Of a stretch of 40,210 bases of DNA, positions 21,951-33,500 are shown piece after piece (the stretch's first letter is position 1; every line of letters starts with the position of its first letter). The stretch is from sequence record LR745709; one strand, 5' to 3'. The DNA comes from Escherichia phage T7. The translations under genes were made by a program, and so were the position numbers. Below the pieces are notes generated by a model. The model was not told the origin of the DNA, did not search any database, and saw only the letters and a program-made list of their open reading frames with translations.

Positions 21951-22874
21951 ATGGCTGAATCTAATGCAGACGTATATGCATCTTTTGGCGTGAACTCCGC
22001 TGTGATGTCTGGTGGTTCCGTTGAGGAACATGAGCAGAACATGCTGGCTCTTGATGTTGCTGCCCGTGATGGCGATGATGCAATCGAGTTAGCGTCAGAC
22101 GAAGTGGAAACAGAACGTGACCTGTATGACAACTCTGACCCGTTCGGTCAAGAGGATGACGAAGGCCGCATTCAGGTTCGTATCGGTGATGGCTCTGAGC
22201 CGACCGATGTGGACACTGGAGAAGAAGGCGTTGAGGGCACCGAAGGTTCCGAAGAGTTTACCCCACTGGGCGAGACTCCAGAAGAACTGGTAGCTGCCTC
22301 TGAGCAACTTGGTGAGCACGAAGAGGGCTTCCAAGAGATGATTAACATTGCTGCTGAGCGTGGCATGAGTGTCGAGACCATTGAGGCTATCCAGCGTGAG
22401 TACGAGGAGAACGAAGAGTTGTCCGCCGAGTCCTACGCTAAGCTGGCTGAAATTGGCTACACGAAGGCTTTCATTGACTCGTATATCCGTGGTCAAGAAG
22501 CTCTGGTGGAGCAGTACGTAAACAGTGTCATTGAGTACGCTGGTGGTCGTGAACGTTTTGATGCACTGTATAACCACCTTGAGACGCACAACCCTGAGGC
22601 TGCACAGTCGCTGGATAATGCGTTGACCAATCGTGACTTAGCGACCGTTAAGGCTATCATCAACTTGGCTGGTGAGTCTCGCGCTAAGGCGTTCGGTCGT
22701 AAGCCAACTCGTAGTGTGACTAATCGTGCTATTCCGGCTAAACCTCAGGCTACCAAGCGTGAAGGCTTTGCGGACCGTAGCGAGATGATTAAAGCTATGA
22801 GTGACCCTCGGTATCGCACAGATGCCAACTATCGTCGTCAAGTCGAACAGAAAGTAATCGATTCGAACTTCTGA
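21951..22874 (+). CDS. 9: Gene 9, capsid assembly scaffolding protein (307 aa)
   Basis: Highly acidic MAESNADVYASFGVNSAVMSGGSVEEHEQNMLALD... Confidence 0.97.
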   Translation: MAESNADVYASFGVNSAVMSGGSVEEHEQNMLALDVAARDGDDAIELASDEVETERDLYDNSDPFGQEDDEGRIQVRIGDGSEPTDVDTGEEGVEGTEGSEEFTPLGETPEELVAASEQLGEHEEGFQEMINIAAERGMSVETIEAIQREYEENEELSAESYAKLAEIGYTKAFIDSYIRGQEALVEQYVNSVIEYAGGRERFDALYNHLETHNPEAAQSLDNALTNRDLATVKAIINLAGESRAKAFGRKPTRSVTNRAIPAKPQATKREGFADRSEMIKAMSDPRYRTDANYRRQVEQKVIDSNF

Positions 22875-22887
22875 TAGACTTCGAAAT

Positions 22888-22910
22888 TAATACGACTCAC
22901 TATAGGGAGA
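22888..22910 (+). promoter_or_regulatory. T7 promoter phi10 (class III) with gene 10 leader
   Basis: taatacgactcactatagggaga followed by ccacaacggtttccctctagaaataattttgtttaactttaagaaggagatatacatATG. This is the native gene 10 leader. Confidence 0.95.
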
Positions 22911-22967
22911 CCACAACGGTTTCCCTCTAGAAATAATTTTGTTTAACTTTAAGAAGGAGATATACAT

Positions 22968-24005
22968 ATGGCTAGCATGACTGGTGGACAGCAAATGGGT
23001 ACTAACCAAGGTAAAGGTGTAGTTGCTGCTGGAGATAAACTGGCGTTGTTCTTGAAGGTATTTGGCGGTGAAGTCCTGACTGCGTTCGCTCGTACCTCCG
23101 TGACCACTTCTCGCCACATGGTACGTTCCATCTCCAGCGGTAAATCCGCTCAGTTCCCTGTTCTGGGTCGCACTCAGGCAGCGTATCTGGCTCCGGGCGA
23201 GAACCTCGACGATAAACGTAAGGACATCAAACACACCGAGAAGGTAATCACCATTGACGGTCTCCTGACGGCTGACGTTCTGATTTATGATATTGAGGAC
23301 GCGATGAACCACTACGACGTTCGCTCTGAGTATACCTCTCAGTTGGGTGAATCTCTGGCGATGGCTGCGGATGGTGCGGTTCTGGCTGAGATTGCCGGTC
23401 TGTGTAACGTGGAAAGCAAATATAATGAGAACATCGAGGGCTTAGGTACTGCTACCGTAATTGAGACCACTCAGAACAAGGCCGCACTTACCGACCAAGT
23501 TGCGCTGGGTAAGGAGATTATTGCGGCTCTGACTAAGGCTCGTGCGGCTCTGACCAAGAACTATGTTCCGGCTGCTGACCGTGTGTTCTACTGTGACCCA
23601 GATAGCTACTCTGCGATTCTGGCAGCACTGATGCCGAACGCAGCAAACTACGCTGCTCTGATTGACCCTGAGAAGGGTTCTATCCGCAACGTTATGGGCT
23701 TTGAGGTTGTAGAAGTTCCGCACCTCACCGCTGGTGGTGCTGGTACCGCTCGTGAGGGCACTACTGGTCAGAAGCACGTCTTCCCTGCCAATAAAGGTGA
23801 GGGTAATGTCAAGGTTGCTAAGGACAACGTTATCGGCCTGTTCATGCACCGCTCTGCGGTAGGTACTGTTAAGCTGCGTGACTTGGCTCTGGAGCGCGCT
23901 CGCCGTGCTAACTTCCAAGCGGACCAGATTATCGCTAAGTACGCAATGGGCCACGGTGGTCTTCGCCCAGAAGCTGCTGGTGCAGTGGTTTTCAAAGTGG
24001 AGTAA
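22968..24005 (+). CDS. 10: Gene 10A, major capsid protein (345 aa)
   Basis: MASMTGGQQMGTNQGKGVVAAGDKLALFLKVFGGEVLTAF..., ending ...AVVFKVE. Confidence 0.99.
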   Translation: MASMTGGQQMGTNQGKGVVAAGDKLALFLKVFGGEVLTAFARTSVTTSRHMVRSISSGKSAQFPVLGRTQAAYLAPGENLDDKRKDIKHTEKVITIDGLLTADVLIYDIEDAMNHYDVRSEYTSQLGESLAMAADGAVLAEIAGLCNVESKYNENIEGLGTATVIETTQNKAALTDQVALGKEIIAALTKARAALTKNYVPAADRVFYCDPDSYSAILAALMPNAANYAALIDPEKGSIRNVMGFEVVEVPHLTAGGAGTAREGTTGQKHVFPANKGEGNVKVAKDNVIGLFMHRSAVGTVKLRDLALERARRANFQADQIIAKYAMGHGGLRPEAAGAVVFKVE

Positions 24006-24160
24006 TGCTGGGGGTGGCCTCAACGGTCGCTGCTAGTCCCGAAGAGGCGAGTGTTACTTCAACAGAAGAAACCTTAACGCCAGCACAGGAGGCCGCACGC
24101 ACCCGCGCTGCTAACAAAGCCCGAAAGGAAGCTGAGTTGGCTGCTGCCACCGCTGAGTAA
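22968..24160 (+). CDS. 10: Gene 10B, minor capsid protein by -1 ribosomal frameshift near the 10A stop
   Basis: Slippery G GTT TTC AAA (about 23986-23994) just before the 10A stop; the -1 frame stays open to TAA at 24158-24160. Confidence 0.6.
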
Positions 24161-24163
24161 TAA

Positions 24164-24211
24164 CTAGCATAACCCCTTGGGGCCTCTAAACGGGTCTTGA
24201 GGGGTTTTTTG
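24164..24211 (+). terminator. T7 RNAP terminator Tphi
   Basis: ctagcataaccccttggggcctctaaacgggtcttgaggggttttttg: GC hairpin plus U-tract. Confidence 0.95.
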
Positions 24212-24228
24212 CTGAAAGGAGGAACTAT

Positions 24229-24819
24229 ATGCGCTCATACGATATGAACGTTGAGACTGCCGCTGAGTTATCAGCTGTGAACGACATTCTGGCGTCTATC
24301 GGTGAACCTCCGGTATCAACGCTGGAAGGTGACGCTAACGCAGATGCAGCGAACGCTCGGCGTATTCTCAACAAGATTAACCGACAGATTCAATCTCGTG
24401 GATGGACGTTCAACATTGAGGAAGGCATAACGCTACTACCTGATGTTTACTCCAACCTGATTGTATACAGTGACGACTATTTATCCCTAATGTCTACTTC
24501 CGGTCAATCCATCTACGTTAACCGAGGTGGCTATGTGTATGACCGAACGAGTCAATCAGACCGCTTTGACTCTGGTATTACTGTGAACATTATTCGTCTC
24601 CGCGACTACGATGAGATGCCTGAGTGCTTCCGTTACTGGATTGTCACCAAGGCTTCCCGTCAGTTCAACAACCGATTCTTTGGGGCACCGGAAGTAGAGG
24701 GTGTACTCCAAGAAGAGGAAGATGAGGCTAGACGTCTCTGCATGGAGTATGAGATGGACTACGGTGGGTACAATATGCTGGATGGAGATGCGTTCACTTC
24801 TGGTCTACTGACTCGCTAA
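24229..24819 (+). CDS. 11: Gene 11, tail tubular protein A (gatekeeper, 196 aa)
   Basis: [37 protein letters not shown]... preceded by aaaggagga. Confidence 0.95.
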
Positions 24820-24842
24820 CATTAATAAATAAGGAGGCTCTA

Positions 24843-27227
24843 ATGGCACTCATTAGCCAATCAATCAAGAACTTGAAGGGTGGTATCAGCCAACAGCCTG
24901 ACATCCTTCGTTATCCAGACCAAGGGTCACGCCAAGTTAACGGTTGGTCTTCGGAGACCGAGGGCCTCCAAAAGCGTCCACCTCTTGTTTTCTTAAATAC
25001 ACTTGGAGACAACGGTGCGTTAGGTCAAGCTCCGTACATCCACCTGATTAACCGAGATGAGCACGAACAGTATTACGCTGTGTTCACTGGTAGCGGAATC
25101 CGAGTGTTCGACCTTTCTGGTAACGAGAAGCAAGTTAGGTATCCTAACGGTTCCAACTACATCAAGACCGCTAATCCACGTAACGACCTGCGAATGGTTA
25201 CTGTAGCAGACTATACGTTCATCGTTAACCGTAACGTTGTTGCACAGAAGAACACAAAGTCTGTCAACTTACCGAATTACAACCCTAATCAAGACGGATT
25301 GATTAACGTTCGTGGTGGTCAGTATGGTAGGGAACTAATTGTACACATTAACGGTAAAGACGTTGCGAAGTATAAGATACCAGATGGTAGTCAACCTGAA
25401 CACGTAAACAATACGGATGCCCAATGGTTAGCTGAAGAGTTAGCCAAGCAGATGCGCACTAACTTGTCTGATTGGACTGTAAATGTAGGGCAAGGGTTCA
25501 TCCATGTGACCGCACCTAGTGGTCAACAGATTGACTCCTTCACGACTAAAGATGGCTACGCAGACCAGTTGATTAACCCTGTGACCCACTACGCTCAGTC
25601 GTTCTCTAAGCTGCCACCTAATGCTCCTAACGGCTACATGGTGAAAATCGTAGGGGACGCCTCTAAGTCTGCCGACCAGTATTACGTTCGGTATGACGCT
25701 GAGCGGAAAGTTTGGACTGAGACTTTAGGTTGGAACACTGAGGACCAAGTTCTATGGGAAACCATGCCACACGCTCTTGTGCGAGCCGCTGACGGTAATT
25801 TCGACTTCAAGTGGCTTGAGTGGTCTCCTAAGTCTTGTGGTGACGTTGACACCAACCCTTGGCCTTCTTTTGTTGGTTCAAGTATTAACGATGTGTTCTT
25901 CTTCCGTAACCGCTTAGGATTCCTTAGTGGGGAGAACATCATATTGAGTCGTACAGCCAAATACTTCAACTTCTACCCTGCGTCCATTGCGAACCTTAGT
26001 GATGACGACCCTATAGACGTAGCTGTGAGTACCAACCGAATGGCAATCCTTAAGTACGCCGTTCCGTTCTCAGAAGAGTTACTCATCTGGTCCGATGAAG
26101 CACAATTCGTCCTGACTGCCTCGGGTACTCTCACATCTAAGTCGGTTGAGTTGAACCTAACGACCCAGTTTGACGTACAGGACCGAGCGAGACCTTTTGG
26201 GATTGGGCGTAATGTCTACTTTGCTAGTCCGAGGTCCAGCTTCACGTCCATCCACAGGTACTACGCTGTGCAGGATGTCAGTTCCGTTAAGAATGCTGAG
26301 GACATTACATCACACGTTCCTAACTACATCCCTAATGGTGTGTTCAGTATTTGCGGAAGTGGTACGGAAAACTTCTGTTCGGTACTATCTCACGGGGACC
26401 CTAGTAAAATCTTCATGTACAAATTCCTGTACCTGAACGAAGAGTTAAGGCAACAGTCGTGGTCTCATTGGGACTTTGGGGAAAACGTACAGGTTCTAGC
26501 TTGTCAGAGTATCAGCTCAGATATGTATGTGATTCTTCGCAATGAGTTCAATACGTTCCTAGCTAGAATCTCTTTCACTAAGAACGCCATTGACTTACAG
26601 GGAGAACCCTATCGTGCCTTTATGGACATGAAGATTCGATACACGATTCCTAGTGGAACATACAACGATGACACATTCACTACCTCTATTCATATTCCAA
26701 CAATTTATGGTGCAAACTTCGGGAGGGGCAAAATCACTGTATTGGAGCCTGATGGTAAGATAACCGTGTTTGAGCAACCTACGGCTGGGTGGAATAGCGA
26801 CCCTTGGCTGAGACTCAGCGGTAACTTGGAGGGACGCATGGTGTACATTGGGTTCAACATTAACTTCGTATATGAGTTCTCTAAGTTCCTCATCAAGCAG
26901 ACTGCCGACGACGGGTCTACCTCCACGGAAGACATTGGGCGCTTACAGTTACGCCGAGCGTGGGTTAACTACGAGAACTCTGGTACGTTTGACATTTATG
27001 TTGAGAACCAATCGTCTAACTGGAAGTACACAATGGCTGGTGCCCGATTAGGCTCTAACACTCTGAGGGCTGGGAGACTGAACTTAGGGACCGGACAATA
27101 TCGATTCCCTGTGGTTGGTAACGCCAAGTTCAACACTGTATACATCTTGTCAGATGAGACTACCCCTCTGAACATCATTGGGTGTGGCTGGGAAGGTAAC
27201 TACTTACGGAGAAGTTCCGGTATTTAA
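24843..27227 (+). CDS. 12: Gene 12, tail tubular protein B (nozzle, 794 aa)
   Basis: ORF MALISQSIKNLKGGISQQPDILRYPDQGSRQVNGW... preceded by taaggaggctc. Confidence 0.97.
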   Translation: MALISQSIKNLKGGISQQPDILRYPDQGSRQVNGWSSETEGLQKRPPLVFLNTLGDNGALGQAPYIHLINRDEHEQYYAVFTGSGIRVFDLSGNEKQVRYPNGSNYIKTANPRNDLRMVTVADYTFIVNRNVVAQKNTKSVNLPNYNPNQDGLINVRGGQYGRELIVHINGKDVAKYKIPDGSQPEHVNNTDAQWLAEELAKQMRTNLSDWTVNVGQGFIHVTAPSGQQIDSFTTKDGYADQLINPVTHYAQSFSKLPPNAPNGYMVKIVGDASKSADQYYVRYDAERKVWTETLGWNTEDQVLWETMPHALVRAADGNFDFKWLEWSPKSCGDVDTNPWPSFVGSSINDVFFFRNRLGFLSGENIILSRTAKYFNFYPASIANLSDDDPIDVAVSTNRMAILKYAVPFSEELLIWSDEAQFVLTASGTLTSKSVELNLTTQFDVQDRARPFGIGRNVYFASPRSSFTSIHRYYAVQDVSSVKNAEDITSHVPNYIPNGVFSICGSGTENFCSVLSHGDPSKIFMYKFLYLNEELRQQSWSHWDFGENVQVLACQSISSDMYVILRNEFNTFLARISFTKNAIDLQGEPYRAFMDMKIRYTIPSGTYNDDTFTTSIHIPTIYGANFGRGKITVLEPDGKITVFEQPTAGWNSDPWLRLSGNLEGRMVYIGFNINFVYEFSKFLIKQTADDGSTSTEDIGRLQLRRAWVNYENSGTFDIYVENQSSNWKYTMAGARLGSNTLRAGRLNLGTGQYRFPVVGNAKFNTVYILSDETTPLNIIGCGWEGNYLRRSSGI

Positions 27228-27257
27228 TTAAATATTCTCCCTGTGGTGGCTCGAAAT

Positions 27258-27280
27258 TAATACGACTCACTATAGGGAGA
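27258..27280 (+). promoter_or_regulatory. T7 promoter phi13 (class III)
   Basis: taatacgactcactatagggaga; +1 near 27275. Confidence 0.93.
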
Positions 27281-27307
27281 ACAATACGACTACGGGAGGG
27301 TTTTCTT

Positions 27308-27724
27308 ATGATGACTATAAGACCTACTAAAAGTACAGACTTTGAGGTATTCACTCCGGCTCACCATGACATTCTTGAAGCTAAGGCTGCTGGTATTGAG
27401 CCGAGTTTCCCTGATGCTTCCGAGTGTGTCACGTTGAGCCTCTATGGGTTCCCTCTAGCTATCGGTGGTAACTGCGGGGACCAGTGCTGGTTCGTTACGA
27501 GCGACCAAGTGTGGCGACTTAGTGGAAAGGCTAAGCGAAAGTTCCGTAAGTTAATCATGGAGTATCGCGATAAGATGCTTGAGAAGTATGATACTCTTTG
27601 GAATTACGTATGGGTAGGCAATACGTCCCACATTCGTTTCCTCAAGACTATCGGTGCGGTATTCCATGAAGAGTACACACGAGATGGTCAATTTCAGTTA
27701 TTTACAATCACGAAAGGAGGATAA
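27308..27724 (+). CDS. 13: Gene 13, internal virion / head assembly protein (138 aa)
   Basis: ORF MMTIRPTKSTDFEVFTPAHHDILEAKAAGIEPSFPD... Confidence 0.9.
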   Translation: MMTIRPTKSTDFEVFTPAHHDILEAKAAGIEPSFPDASECVTLSLYGFPLAIGGNCGDQCWFVTSDQVWRLSGKAKRKFRKLIMEYRDKMLEKYDTLWNYVWVGNTSHIRFLKTIGAVFHEEYTRDGQFQLFTITKGG

Positions 27725-27728
27725 CCAT

Positions 27729-28319
27729 ATGTGTTGGGCAGCCGCAATACCTATCGCTATATCTGGCGCTCAGGCTATCAGTGGTCAGAACGCTCAGGCC
27801 AAAATGATTGCCGCTCAGACCGCTGCTGGTCGTCGTCAAGCTATGGAAATCATGAGGCAGACGAACATCCAGAATGCTGACCTATCGTTGCAAGCTCGAA
27901 GTAAACTTGAGGAAGCGTCCGCCGAGTTGACCTCACAGAACATGCAGAAGGTCCAAGCTATTGGGTCTATCCGAGCGGCTATCGGAGAGAGTATGCTTGA
28001 AGGTTCCTCAATGGACCGCATTAAGCGAGTCACAGAAGGACAGTTCATTCGGGAAGCCAATATGGTAACTGAGAACTATCGCCGTGACTACCAAGCAATC
28101 TTCGCACAGCAACTTGGTGGTACTCAAAGTGCTGCAAGTCAGATTGACGAAATCTATAAGAGCGAACAGAAACAGAAGAGTAAGCTACAGATGGTTCTGG
28201 ACCCACTGGCTATCATGGGGTCTTCCGCTGCGAGTGCTTACGCATCCGGTGCGTTCGACTCTAAGTCCACAACTAAGGCACCTATTGTTGCCGCTAAAGG
28301 AACCAAGACGGGGAGGTAA
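27729..28319 (+). CDS. 14: Gene 14, internal virion core protein (196 aa)
   Basis: ATG at 27729 after cgaaaggagga. MCWAAAIPIAISGAQAISGQNAQAKMIAAQTAAGRRQ... Confidence 0.9.
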   Translation: MCWAAAIPIAISGAQAISGQNAQAKMIAAQTAAGRRQAMEIMRQTNIQNADLSLQARSKLEEASAELTSQNMQKVQAIGSIRAAIGESMLEGSSMDRIKRVTEGQFIREANMVTENYRRDYQAIFAQQLGGTQSAASQIDEIYKSEQKQKSKLQMVLDPLAIMGSSAASAYASGAFDSKSTTKAPIVAAKGTKTGR

Positions 28320-28325
28320 TGAGCT

Positions 28326-30569
28326 ATGAGTAAAATTGAATCTGCCCTTCAAGCGGCACAACCGGGACTCTCTCGGTTACGTGGTGGTGCTGGAGGTATG
28401 GGCTATCGTGCAGCAACCACTCAGGCCGAACAGCCAAGGTCAAGCCTATTGGACACCATTGGTCGGTTCGCTAAGGCTGGTGCCGATATGTATACCGCTA
28501 AGGAACAACGAGCACGAGACCTAGCTGATGAACGCTCTAACGAGATTATCCGTAAGCTGACCCCTGAGCAACGTCGAGAAGCTCTCAACAACGGGACCCT
28601 TCTGTATCAGGATGACCCATACGCTATGGAAGCACTCCGAGTCAAGACTGGTCGTAACGCTGCGTATCTTGTGGACGATGACGTTATGCAGAAGATAAAA
28701 GAGGGTGTCTTCCGTACTCGCGAAGAGATGGAAGAGTATCGCCATAGTCGCCTTCAAGAGGGCGCTAAGGTATACGCTGAGCAGTTCGGCATCGACCCTG
28801 AGGACGTTGATTATCAGCGTGGTTTCAACGGGGACATTACCGAGCGTAACATCTCGCTGTATGGTGCGCATGATAACTTCTTGAGCCAGCAAGCTCAGAA
28901 GGGCGCTATCATGAACAGCCGAGTGGAACTCAACGGTGTCCTTCAAGACCCTGATATGCTGCGTCGTCCAGACTCTGCTGACTTCTTTGAGAAGTATATC
29001 GACAACGGTCTGGTTACTGGCGCAATCCCATCTGATGCTCAAGCCACACAGCTTATAAGCCAAGCGTTCAGTGACGCTTCTAGCCGTGCTGGTGGTGCTG
29101 ACTTCCTGATGCGAGTCGGTGACAAGAAGGTAACACTTAACGGAGCCACTACGACTTACCGAGAGTTGATTGGTGAGGAACAGTGGAACGCTCTCATGGT
29201 CACAGCACAACGTTCTCAGTTTGAGACTGACGCGAAGCTGAACGAGCAGTATCGCTTGAAGATTAACTCTGCGCTGAACCAAGAGGACCCAAGGACAGCT
29301 TGGGAGATGCTTCAAGGTATCAAGGCTGAACTAGATAAGGTCCAACCTGATGAGCAGATGACACCACAACGTGAGTGGCTAATCTCCGCACAGGAACAAG
29401 TTCAGAATCAGATGAACGCATGGACGAAAGCTCAGGCCAAGGCTCTGGACGATTCCATGAAGTCAATGAACAAACTTGACGTAATCGACAAGCAATTCCA
29501 GAAGCGAATCAACGGTGAGTGGGTCTCAACGGATTTTAAGGATATGCCAGTCAACGAGAACACTGGTGAGTTCAAGCATAGCGATATGGTTAACTACGCC
29601 AATAAGAAGCTCGCTGAGATTGACAGTATGGACATTCCAGACGGTGCCAAGGATGCTATGAAGTTGAAGTACCTTCAAGCGGACTCTAAGGACGGAGCAT
29701 TCCGTACAGCCATCGGAACCATGGTCACTGACGCTGGTCAAGAGTGGTCTGCCGCTGTGATTAACGGTAAGTTACCAGAACGAACCCCAGCTATGGATGC
29801 TCTGCGCAGAATCCGCAATGCTGACCCTCAGTTGATTGCTGCGCTATACCCAGACCAAGCTGAGCTATTCCTGACGATGGACATGATGGACAAGCAGGGT
29901 ATTGACCCTCAGGTTATTCTTGATGCCGACCGACTGACTGTTAAGCGGTCCAAAGAGCAACGCTTTGAGGATGATAAAGCATTCGAGTCTGCACTGAATG
30001 CATCTAAGGCTCCTGAGATTGCCCGTATGCCAGCGTCACTGCGCGAATCTGCACGTAAGATTTATGACTCCGTTAAGTATCGCTCGGGGAACGAAAGCAT
30101 GGCTATGGAGCAGATGACCAAGTTCCTTAAGGAATCTACCTACACGTTCACTGGTGATGATGTTGACGGTGATACCGTTGGTGTGATTCCTAAGAATATG
30201 ATGCAGGTTAACTCTGACCCGAAATCATGGGAGCAAGGTCGGGATATTCTGGAGGAAGCACGTAAGGGAATCATTGCGAGCAACCCTTGGATAACCAATA
30301 AGCAACTGACCATGTATTCTCAAGGTGACTCCATTTACCTTATGGACACCACAGGTCAAGTCAGAGTCCGATACGACAAAGAGTTACTCTCGAAGGTCTG
30401 GAGTGAGAACCAGAAGAAACTCGAAGAGAAAGCTCGTGAGAAGGCTCTGGCTGATGTGAACAAGCGAGCACCTATAGTTGCCGCTACGAAGGCCCGTGAA
30501 GCTGCTGCTAAACGAGTCCGAGAGAAACGTAAACAGACTCCTAAGTTCATCTACGGACGTAAGGAGTAA
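28326..30569 (+). CDS. 15: Gene 15, internal virion core protein (747 aa)
   Basis: ORF MSKIESALQAAQPGLSRLRGGAGGMGYRAATTQAEQ... Confidence 0.97.
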   Translation: MSKIESALQAAQPGLSRLRGGAGGMGYRAATTQAEQPRSSLLDTIGRFAKAGADMYTAKEQRARDLADERSNEIIRKLTPEQRREALNNGTLLYQDDPYAMEALRVKTGRNAAYLVDDDVMQKIKEGVFRTREEMEEYRHSRLQEGAKVYAEQFGIDPEDVDYQRGFNGDITERNISLYGAHDNFLSQQAQKGAIMNSRVELNGVLQDPDMLRRPDSADFFEKYIDNGLVTGAIPSDAQATQLISQAFSDASSRAGGADFLMRVGDKKVTLNGATTTYRELIGEEQWNALMVTAQRSQFETDAKLNEQYRLKINSALNQEDPRTAWEMLQGIKAELDKVQPDEQMTPQREWLISAQEQVQNQMNAWTKAQAKALDDSMKSMNKLDVIDKQFQKRINGEWVSTDFKDMPVNENTGEFKHSDMVNYANKKLAEIDSMDIPDGAKDAMKLKYLQADSKDGAFRTAIGTMVTDAGQEWSAAVINGKLPERTPAMDALRRIRNADPQLIAALYPDQAELFLTMDMMDKQGIDPQVILDADRLTVKRSKEQRFEDDKAFESALNASKAPEIARMPASLRESARKIYDSVKYRSGNESMAMEQMTKFLKESTYTFTGDDVDGDTVGVIPKNMMQVNSDPKSWEQGRDILEEARKGIIASNPWITNKQLTMYSQGDSIYLMDTTGQVRVRYDKELLSKVWSENQKKLEEKAREKALADVNKRAPIVAATKAREAAAKRVREKRKQTPKFIYGRKE

Positions 30570-30595
30570 CTAAAGGCTACATAAGGAGGCCCTAA

Positions 30596-33500
30596 ATGGA
30601 TAAGTACGATAAGAACGTACCAAGTGATTATGATGGTCTGTTCCAAAAGGCTGCTGATGCCAACGGGGTCTCTTATGACCTTTTACGTAAAGTCGCTTGG
30701 ACAGAATCACGATTTGTGCCTACAGCAAAATCTAAGACTGGACCATTAGGCATGATGCAATTTACCAAGGCAACCGCTAAGGCCCTCGGTCTGCGAGTTA
30801 CCGATGGTCCAGACGACGACCGACTGAACCCTGAGTTAGCTATTAATGCTGCCGCTAAGCAACTTGCAGGTCTGGTAGGGAAGTTTGATGGCGATGAACT
30901 CAAAGCTGCCCTTGCGTACAACCAAGGCGAGGGACGCTTGGGTAATCCACAACTTGAGGCGTACTCTAAGGGAGACTTCGCATCAATCTCTGAGGAGGGA
31001 CGTAACTACATGCGTAACCTTCTGGATGTTGCTAAGTCACCTATGGCTGGACAGTTGGAAACTTTTGGTGGCATAACCCCAAAGGGTAAAGGCATTCCGG
31101 CTGAGGTAGGATTGGCTGGAATTGGTCACAAGCAGAAAGTAACACAGGAACTTCCTGAGTCCACAAGTTTTGACGTTAAGGGTATCGAACAGGAGGCTAC
31201 GGCGAAACCATTCGCCAAGGACTTTTGGGAGACCCACGGAGAAACACTTGACGAGTACAACAGTCGTTCAACCTTCTTCGGATTCAAAAATGCTGCCGAA
31301 GCTGAACTCTCCAACTCAGTCGCTGGGATGGCTTTCCGTGCTGGTCGTCTCGATAATGGTTTTGATGTGTTTAAAGACACCATTACGCCGACTCGCTGGA
31401 ACTCTCACATCTGGACTCCAGAGGAGTTAGAGAAGATTCGAACAGAGGTTAAGAACCCTGCGTACATCAACGTTGTAACTGGTGGTTCCCCTGAGAACCT
31501 CGATGACCTCATTAAATTGGCTAACGAGAACTTTGAGAATGACTCCCGCGCTGCCGAGGCTGGCCTAGGTGCCAAACTGAGTGCTGGTATTATTGGTGCT
31601 GGTGTGGACCCGCTTAGCTATGTTCCTATGGTCGGTGTCACTGGTAAGGGCTTTAAGTTAATCAATAAGGCTCTTGTAGTTGGTGCCGAAAGTGCTGCTC
31701 TGAACGTTGCATCCGAAGGTCTCCGTACCTCCGTAGCTGGTGGTGACGCAGACTATGCGGGTGCTGCCTTAGGTGGCTTTGTGTTTGGCGCAGGCATGTC
31801 TGCAATCAGTGACGCTGTAGCTGCTGGACTGAAACGCAGTAAACCAGAAGCTGAGTTCGACAATGAGTTCATCGGTCCTATGATGCGATTGGAAGCCCGT
31901 GAGACAGCACGAAACGCCAACTCTGCGGACCTCTCTCGGATGAACACTGAGAACATGAAGTTTGAAGGTGAACATAATGGTGTCCCTTATGAGGACTTAC
32001 CAACAGAGAGAGGTGCCGTGGTGTTACATGATGGCTCCGTTCTAAGTGCAAGCAACCCAATCAACCCTAAGACTCTAAAAGAGTTCTCCGAGGTTGACCC
32101 TGAGAAGGCTGCGCGAGGAATCAAACTGGCTGGGTTCACCGAGATTGGCTTGAAGACCTTGGGGTCTGACGATGCTGACATCCGTAGAGTGGCTATCGAC
32201 CTCGTTCGCTCTCCTACTGGTATGCAGTCTGGTGCCTCAGGTAAGTTCGGTGCAACAGCTTCTGACATCCATGAGAGACTTCATGGTACTGACCAGCGTA
32301 CTTATAATGACTTGTACAAAGCAATGTCTGACGCTATGAAAGACCCTGAGTTCTCTACTGGCGGCGCTAAGATGTCCCGTGAAGAAACTCGATACACTAT
32401 CTACCGTAGAGCGGCACTAGCTATTGAGCGTCCAGAACTACAGAAGGCACTCACTCCGTCTGAGAGAATCGTTATGGACATCATTAAGCGTCACTTTGAC
32501 ACCAAGCGTGAACTTATGGAAAACCCAGCAATATTCGGTAACACAAAGGCTGTGAGTATCTTCCCTGAGAGTCGCCACAAAGGTACTTACGTTCCTCACG
32601 TATATGACCGTCATGCCAAGGCGCTGATGATTCAACGCTACGGTGCCGAAGGTTTGCAGGAAGGGATTGCCCGCTCATGGATGAACAGCTACGTCTCCAG
32701 ACCTGAGGTCAAGGCCAGAGTCGATGAGATGCTTAAGGAATTACACGGGGTGAAGGAAGTAACACCAGAGATGGTAGAGAAGTACGCTATGGATAAGGCT
32801 TATGGTATCTCCCACTCAGACCAGTTCACCAACAGTTCCATAATAGAAGAGAACATTGAGGGCTTAGTAGGTATCGAGAATAACTCATTCCTTGAGGCAC
32901 GTAACTTGTTTGATTCGGACCTATCCATCACTATGCCAGACGGACAGCAATTCTCAGTGAATGACCTAAGGGACTTCGATATGTTCCGCATCATGCCAGC
33001 GTATGACCGCCGTGTCAATGGTGACATCGCCATCATGGGGTCTACTGGTAAAACCACTAAGGAACTTAAGGATGAGATTTTGGCTCTCAAAGCGAAAGCT
33101 GAGGGAGACGGTAAGAAGACTGGCGAGGTACATGCTTTAATGGATACCGTTAAGATTCTTACTGGTCGTGCTAGACGCAATCAGGACACTGTGTGGGAAA
33201 CCTCACTGCGTGCCATCAATGACCTAGGGTTCTTCGCTAAGAACGCCTACATGGGTGCTCAGAACATTACGGAGATTGCTGGGATGATTGTCACTGGTAA
33301 CGTTCGTGCTCTAGGGCATGGTATCCCAATTCTGCGTGATACACTCTACAAGTCTAAACCAGTTTCAGCTAAGGAACTCAAGGAACTCCATGCGTCTCTG
33401 TTCGGGAAGGAGGTGGACCAGTTGATTCGGCCTAAACGTGCTGACATTGTGCAGCGCCTAAGGGAAGCAACTGATACCGGACCTGCCGTGGCGAACATCG

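Noticed and set aside
22888-23000. Sequence identical to common expression-vector parts (T7 promoter, gene 10 leader, MASMTGGQQMG tag), considered as plasmid contamination
   Set aside because: These vector parts were originally taken from T7 gene 10. Here they sit in native context between gene 9 and the full capsid gene.
28521-29315. Long minus-strand ORFs from the six-frame track (this 264-aa one; also 23442..24023, 9552..10034, 15200..15733, 17538..18077, 22095..22589)
   Set aside because: Each lies antisense inside a well-supported + strand gene (genes 15, 10A, 2.5, 5, 6, 9). T7 transcription runs left to right only, and none has a promoter or RBS in that orientation. They look like chance open frames.
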